NCBI GenBank assembly: GCA_965240325.2
Contig: OZ251245.1
Span: forward strand, 1,302,001-1,366,000
Source: Rebecca billardiae RCC1528
Taxonomy: Eukaryota; Protista; Haptophyta
Direction of reading: 5' to 3'
Length of the DNA: 64,000 nucleotides
Part shown: one piece after another, positions 57,798 to 64,000 of the stretch
Layout: each line of letters begins with the position of its first letter
Position numbering within the stretch: the first letter of the stretch is position 1
Made by a program: the position numbers and the translations under genes
Notes under the pieces: model-generated
Told to the model about the DNA's origin: nothing
Databases searched by the model: none
Seen by the model: the letters and a program-made list of their open reading frames with translations, nothing else

Positions 57798-60351
57798 TCC
57801 TCCTCTGAGGACTCGGACGCGGGCGCGCCGCCCAAGGGCGCCAAGCCCAAGCCGCCCAAGCCCGCCAAGCCGCCCAAGCCGTCGGCCGAGGAGAAGAAGG
57901 CGCAGGCGGCGGCGCTGAGCGCGGCGGAGAAGCAGGAGCAGATCGAGCGCGACGTCGACAAGCGCCTCGACGAGCTCCTCGCCATGCGCGGGCGCAAGGG
58001 CACCGACCGGCAGGGCCAGGCGCGCACGCTGCGTGAGCTGCACGGCCTCACGGAGCGCCCCACCAAGAAGCTCGAGCTGCTGCTCCACCTCGTCACGGCG
58101 TACTTCGACATGAACGCGAACATGCTCACGCTGATGAGCCACGCGAACTGGACGGCCGCCTTCGACACGCTCACCGCCGCCGTCGACGCCGTCGTCGCCG
58201 ACCCGACGCTCGAGCGCTCGGCGGTCGTCGGCGACGCGCCGTCGGCGCCCGCGCCGCCGCCCGCGGACGGCGCGGAGGAGGGCGAGCTGGACGAGGCCGA
58301 CGCGGAGGCGGCGGCGGCGGCGGCGGCGGACGCCGAGTCGTCGGCGGCGCTGCGGCTGTCGAACGTGTCGGCCAACCTGCTCGCCTTCGCCGAGCGCCTC
58401 GACGACGAGTACTACAAGGCGCTGCAGCAGCAGCCCTTCACCGAGGGCGCGGCCGTCTCTGTCTCCGAGTCGGGCGACAAGACGACCTACCTCGCTCGGC
58501 TGCGCGACGAGCCGCGGCTGGTGCGGCTGCTGACGGGGCTGCTCGAGTACTTCAAGTCGGCGGGCGCGGGGAAGCCGGCCAACCTCCCCGCCGCCGCGCG
58601 CGTCGGCGCGCGCATCATCGAGCGCGTGTACTACAAGGCGCAGTCCACCTTCGACGCGCAGTGGGCGGAGGCGAAGCGGCGGCGCGCGCTGCTGGCGCAG
58701 CAGGAGGCCGCGGCCAAGCACGCGGGCGACGAGGCGGGCGCGCAGGCGGCGGCGGCGGCGGCGGCGTCGATCGTGGACCCCGAGGTGGTGAACGTCTCCG
58801 CGCGCATCGAGGAGCTCACCGCCCTCGTCTACGCCGAGGCGGACGAGCGCTCCAAGACGCGCGCGCTGCTGTGCCACGCCTTCCACCACGCGCGGCACGA
58901 GCGCTTCACGGTGTCGCGCGACATGCTGCTGATGAGCCACCTGCAGGACAGCATCGGGTACTCGGACGTGAGCACGCAGATCCTGTACAACCGCGCGATC
59001 GTGCGCGTCGGCATCGCCGCCTTCCACCACGGCCAGTACGCCGAGTGCGCCGCCGCGCTCGGCGAGATCGTCGGCGCCAACCGGCAGCGCGAGCTGCTGG
59101 CGCAGGGGCTGTCGTCCGCGCGCTACAACGAGCGCAACGCCGAGCAGGAGAAGCTCGAGCGGCGGCGGCAGGTGCCGTTCCACATGCACATCTCGCTCGA
59201 GCTGGTGGAGGCGTGCTTCCTCGTCTCCACGCTGCTGCTCGAGCTGCCGCTCCTCTGCGCGCAGCGCGCCTCGCCCAAGCGGCGCGTGCCCATGTCCAAG
59301 GCGCTGCGCCGGCTGCTGGACGCGTACGACCGGCTCGTCTTTGCCGCGCCCGCCGAGCACCTGCGCGAGCACGTGATGGCGGCGGCGCACCTGCTGCTCG
59401 ACGGGCAGTGGCGGCAGGCGAGCGCCACCATCACCACGCTGCCCGCGTGGGACCAGATGAGCGAGCCGAGCAAGACGCGCGCGATGCTGCAGGGTGCGTG
59501 GCGCGCGCTCGCGTGCGCGCTCACGCCCCCCGTCTGTGGCGCCTCACGCCCCCCGTCTGTGGCGCGCGCACACACACGCGCGCGCTGTTGCCGCGTGCAG
59601 CCCGGCTGCAGGAGGAAGGGCTGCGCGCGTACCTGCTCACCTTCGCCACGGCGTACTCGACGGTGAGCGTGGCGCAGCTCGCCGAGCGCTTCGAGCTGCC
59701 CCCGCCCAAGGTGCACGCCGTCGTCTCCAAGATGCTGCACGCGGACGAGCTGCCGTGCGCGCTGTGGGACGGGCCTTCGGGCGCACTCGCGGTCGCGGCC
59801 AACACCGAGCCGAGCGCGCTGCAGCAGCTCGCCATCTCGCTGGCGGACAAGGCGTCGCAGCTCGTCGAGAGCAACGAGCGGCTGCTCGACGCGCGCACGG
59901 GCGGGTGCGCGCCGCGCGCGCGCCGAGCGCCGACGGCCCCGCGCCGCCCCGCGCGCCGCCCGCGCCGCCGCCGCCGAGCTCAGCAGCCGCGACCACGCGC
60001 GCGCCCCGCCCCGTGCGCGCGCGCGCGTGCAGCTACGGGTACAAGTACGACATCAAGCCGCCGTGGGGGCAGCGCGGCGGCGACGGTGGCAACCGCGGTG
60101 GCTGGGGCGGCGAGCACGGCGGGCGCGGCGGCGGCGGCGGCGGCGGCTACGGCGGGCGCGGCGGCGGCGGCGGCTACCGCGGCGGCGGCGGTGGCTACCG
60201 CGGCGGCGGCAGGGGCGGCGGCGGCGGCGGCTACGGCGGGCGCGGGCGCGGCGGCGACCGGCAGCAGCAGCAGACGTACGGCGCGCGCGACCAGCGCAGC
60301 GGCTACGGCGGCGGCGGCGGCGGCGGCGGCGGGCGCTACCAGCGCTACTGA
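57183..60351 (+). CDS. EIF3C: Eukaryotic translation initiation factor 3 subunit C; exons 57183-59493, 59601-59904, 60033-60351
   Basis: MSKFFAAGSSSDES, RVVKSARDKRWE, RGRKGTDR, ERLDDEYYKALQ, RDMLLMSHLQ, QILYNR, RRQVPFHMHISLEL, PCI-like C-terminus and RGG tail. Two GT-AG introns. Confidence 0.96.
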
Positions 60352-60850
60352 GCGCCCGCGCCCGCAATGCGCCCGCGCCCAGCCGGGCAGCCGCGCGCCG
60401 CCCGCTCCGGCTTGGCCCGGACGACTGGCGGCCGCGCGTCGGGCCGCCGGCCGCACGCGGACGACTGCGCCGGCTTCGTTCGCGCGGCGCGTGATGACCA
60501 ACGCGCTACGACTGTGATGATGACCATCAGCGCTCGCACGCCAGGCCACGGCCGCGGCTCTTGAGCAGTGTGCTCGCCCGTGCGCCTCGGCTGAAGTGAC
60601 GCACTGAAGCATGCGATCGCGAGCGGCGCGGAAAAACAAATAAACTATACGGCCCACGGCCCGCCCTGGTGTTGTACAGTTTACCGGATAAGAATAAGAG
60701 ACGCACACAGCTCATCTTATTCTTAGTACCGTGTTCAGTGTTGTACAAGTCGTTGCCACTGCCACTGGTTGGACGTCGTCCCTCCGACCCGCCTTCGCGA
60801 GCCTCCGACCCCGCCTCCGCCGTCCATTGCACGCTCATCAATCACGCCCG

Positions 60851-61849
60851 ATGGCGGAGGAGGCACCAGCGGACAGGAGCTACGTGGGCCTGCGCCACGG
60901 CGGCCCGGGCAGGACGCTGTGGTACGCGCAAGTCCAGCGCCTCGGCGCGTCGTACAAGTCGCGGCTGTGCAGCAGCCGCGTGGAGGCCGCGCGGCTGTAC
61001 GACGACCTCGTGCGCGAGCACGGCCTCGTGGGCGTGAAGGCACTCAACTTCCCGTGCGAAGGCGAGCCCCAGCCGGCACCGAGGACTGCGAAGCGAACCG
61101 TCGAGTACGACGACGAAACTACGGACGACGACTATCCTGAGATGACCCTGGTGACGCCCGGCAAGCGAGCGCGTGCGCGGCGGGGAGAGGACGACCCGAG
61201 CTACGCGCCGGGCGATGAGCAGAGCTCCGCGCGGCTGGTGACGCTGCCCAAGAAACGCAGCCGCGCGCGCAAAGCGAGCAAGTACGCGGGCGTGTGCTTC
61301 AACGCCGTGAACCGCGAGGAGGTGGCGTGGAAGGCGACGGTGACCGACAAGAGGCGCAAGCAGCACTGGACGCAGAGCTACCCGACCGAGGAGGAGGCCG
61401 CGCGCGGCCATGATGAGCTCGTGCGCGCGCTGCAGCTGGTGGGCAGCCGGCCGCTCAACTTCCCGCGCCCGGGTGAGTGCGTGCCCAAGCCGGTCGCCAA
61501 GCGTAGCCCGTACATCGGCGTGTACTGCGCCGTACCAGAGTGTGCGCGCATCAGGGGGTCGGGGCGCATGTGGTACGCGCTGCTGACACAGGGCGGCGTC
61601 GTCAAGAGGTCCGCCTCCTGCTTCGCCACACCGCACGAGGCGGCGAAGGCGTACGACGCGCTCGTGCGCAGGCACGGGCTCGAGGCGACGAGGCCGCTCA
61701 ACTTCCCGGACGAGGGCCATCCTGCCAATCCTGCGCAGCACTTGAACCAGCAGGCGGCGTCGGCAGGCCCGGGGCCGGAGGCGCAGGTGGAGCAGCGCCG
61801 CCAGCGGAGTGATGACGATGAGACGACCGACAATGACGACTACACATGA
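60851..61849 (+). CDS. Protein with three AP2/ERF-like DNA-binding domains
   Basis: Three units of S.Y.G(V/L)...W.A.....EAA..(Y/H)D.LVR......LNFP, with a basic NLS-like KKRSRARK. ATG at 60851. Confidence 0.88.
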   Translation: MAEEAPADRSYVGLRHGGPGRTLWYAQVQRLGASYKSRLCSSRVEAARLYDDLVREHGLVGVKALNFPCEGEPQPAPRTAKRTVEYDDETTDDDYPEMTLVTPGKRARARRGEDDPSYAPGDEQSSARLVTLPKKRSRARKASKYAGVCFNAVNREEVAWKATVTDKRRKQHWTQSYPTEEEAARGHDELVRALQLVGSRPLNFPRPGECVPKPVAKRSPYIGVYCAVPECARIRGSGRMWYALLTQGGVVKRSASCFATPHEAAKAYDALVRRHGLEATRPLNFPDEGHPANPAQHLNQQAASAGPGPEAQVEQRRQRSDDDETTDNDDYT

Positions 61850-62094
61850 GACGTCGTGTCTCAGACTCTCATCACGACTTATTGCTCCGGCCCGCAGACG
61901 CAGTGAGCGCGCATCACCCGGTGAGAGCAGTAGCCTTGGCTGCGCTTATACCATTCAGGCGGGCATTGCCGGGTTGCACCCGGCAATGCTGCATTCACCC
62001 CGGTCCTACCGGAATGCAGGGCTCGCCCCGCTGGCCTACAGCTCTGTGACCGTCAGCGCCGCGCGCCACATACCAGGCCACCACGACTTCATCA

Positions 62095-62452
62095 ATACTG
62101 CTGCACGCATGATGGTACCAGTAGTGACAGAGTACTGGCGGTACCGTGCTGCTCGCATGGTATGGTACTGCTGCGCGCATGGTATGGTACTGCTGCGTGC
62201 ATGATGGTATGGTACTGCTGCGCGCATGGTATGGTACTGCTGTGCGCATGGTAGTATGGTACTCTGCTGCACGCATCGGATCAGGAGTATGTACTGCTGC
62301 TGCGCGCATGGTATGGTACTGCCGCGTGCATGGTATGGTACTGCTGCACGCATGATGGTATGGTACTGGCGGTACTGCTGCGCGCATGGTATGGCACTGC
62401 TGTGCGCATGGTATGGTACTGCTGCGTGCATGGTATGCCGTACTGCTGCACG
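62095..62452. repeat. Degenerate ~22-25-bp minisatellite (ATGGTATGGTACTGCTGCGCGC)n
   Basis: Over a dozen imperfect copies are visible. Confidence 0.9.
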
Positions 62453-63032
62453 CAAGACTACAAGCGCGCAGGTGGTGGGAGCCGCAAGCAGAAGCAAGCG
62501 CGCAGGTGGTGGGAGTGCTCGCAGGTGGTGGGAGAAGCAAGAAGCAGCAGCTCGAAGCAGCAGGCACTCCGATGCGGCACCTCCCGAAGCTGCTGCATCC
62601 TTCTGACCGCCCGTGGTTTGCGGACCGGAAGCGTCCGCGACTGCGAGCCGCACGCGCACGCGGTGCGCGCAGCGGTCATGGCGCTGGGTCCGGCGAGCAG
62701 CCGGGGTGAGGTTCAGGTACGAGGGGCACACACTATTCCGCATGCGCCTTGGCACCGACCACGCGCCGCATCCACTGGGAGATCTGCGGCCGCAAGAAGC
62801 GCGCGCCTTGGCGAGGGCGAAGCATCGTAGACCCGCCTGCGCGCAGTGCTTCCGCACCGCCGGCCGGGGCGGTCCGGCACTGCTTGCTTGGTGTTTGTCC
62901 GGCTTCCTCAGCATCATGACATCATCACAGTCCTCACTCCTTCACCGATCACTGTGCACCGATCTCTTGAAGGGAGCGAGCAACGGCGGAGGACGAAGCT
63001 GAAGCAGTGTGCTCTTGCCGAACCGCGTGGTC

Positions 63033-63643
63033 GGCACACACTGGCACACACTGGCACACACTGGCACACACTGGCACACACTGGCACACACTGGCACACA
63101 CTGGCACACACTGGCACACACTGGCACACACTGGCACACACTGGCACACACTGGCACACACTGGCACACACTGGCACACACTGGCACACACTGGCACACA
63201 CTGGCACACACTGGCACACACTGGCACACACTGGCACACACTGGCACACACTGGCACACACTGGCACACACTGGCACACACTGGCACACACTGGCACACA
63301 CTGGCACACACTGGCACACACTGGCACACACTGGCACACACTGGCACACACTGGCACACACTGGCACACACTGGCACACACTGGCACACACTGGCACACA
63401 CTGGCACACACTGGCACACACTGGCACACACTGGCACACACTGGCACACACTGGCACACACTGGCACACACTGGCACACACTGGCACACACTGGCACACA
63501 CTGGCACACACTGGCACACACTGGCACACACTGGCACACACTGGCACACACTGGCACACACTGGCACACACTGGCACACACTGGCACACACTGGCACACA
63601 CTGGCACACACTGGCACACACTGGCACACACTGGCACACTGGC
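63033..63643. repeat. Perfect decamer satellite (CTGGCACACA)n, ~61 copies
   Basis: Seen directly in the sequence; no internal variants. Confidence 0.98.
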
Positions 63644-64000
63644 GAAAGCGAGCCTCCCCAAGGGTGGTTGCTCAGGGTCGCCGACTCCAGCGGAGTCCGG
63701 CGCCGGAACTTCACCTCCGATTTTTTGCGGCGGCGCGGCGTGCGGGGCCGCCGCCGCTGTGGCGGGCCGCTCGGGGCGTGCACGGCGTGGGCTCGTGCGG
63801 CCGCTGCCGCGCACGCCGAGCGATCCGGCGCGGGCTCGCGGCTTGTCGATGGCCTCGCGCGCCGCAGCGCGGCGCGCGCCTTGCCTAGCTTCGCCTGTCT
63901 CGCGCCTTGGCCGCCGTGCACGCGTGCGCCGCCAAACCGCAAGCTCGGCATAGCTCTCAGCCGAGCGTGCACGTGCCTTGCGCGACGCGACGCGGGCATT

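Noticed and set aside
62095-62452. Possible CRISPR-like array
   Set aside because: Contiguous degenerate tandem units without unique spacers; eukaryotic context and no cas genes.
62914-63999. Cys-rich (CQCVPVCASV)n and His-rich (HTGTHWHTLA)n ORFs resembling metal-binding proteins
   Set aside because: Translations of a perfect 10-bp satellite that is open in all frames, with no synonymous variation.

Overview
Very GC-rich, gene-dense eukaryotic nuclear DNA with short GT-AG introns (about 100-300 nt, usually GTGCG donors) and AT-rich/(TA)n intergenic patches. A RedCAP gene with a bipartite-type presequence implies an alga with a red-lineage secondary plastid; a haptophyte (Pavlovales-like) is my inference. 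Genes supported, in order: a partial TPR/coiled-coil protein, RedCAP, SF3B1, a hemerythrin-like protein, an N-terminally extended PAQR protein, an F-box/RCC1 protein, a ~1474-aa single-pass receptor (two Venus-flytrap domains + TM + TIR/HET-like domain), an 11-mer-repeat LEA-like protein, a sulfotransferase-like protein, gamma-glutamyl hydrolase, a 5292-aa fibrocystin-L-like protein with extensin blocks, an atypical kinase, BRX1, a STRA6-like membrane protein, eIF3c and a triple-AP2 protein. There are also two non-autonomous TIR-bounded elements and several satellites. The best novelty candidate is the tandem-VFT/TIR-like receptor, whose putative catalytic WCxxE motif is intact and which only appears after splicing four exons. 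The STRA6-like protein is second. All family assignments come from motif recognition by eye; no searches were run.
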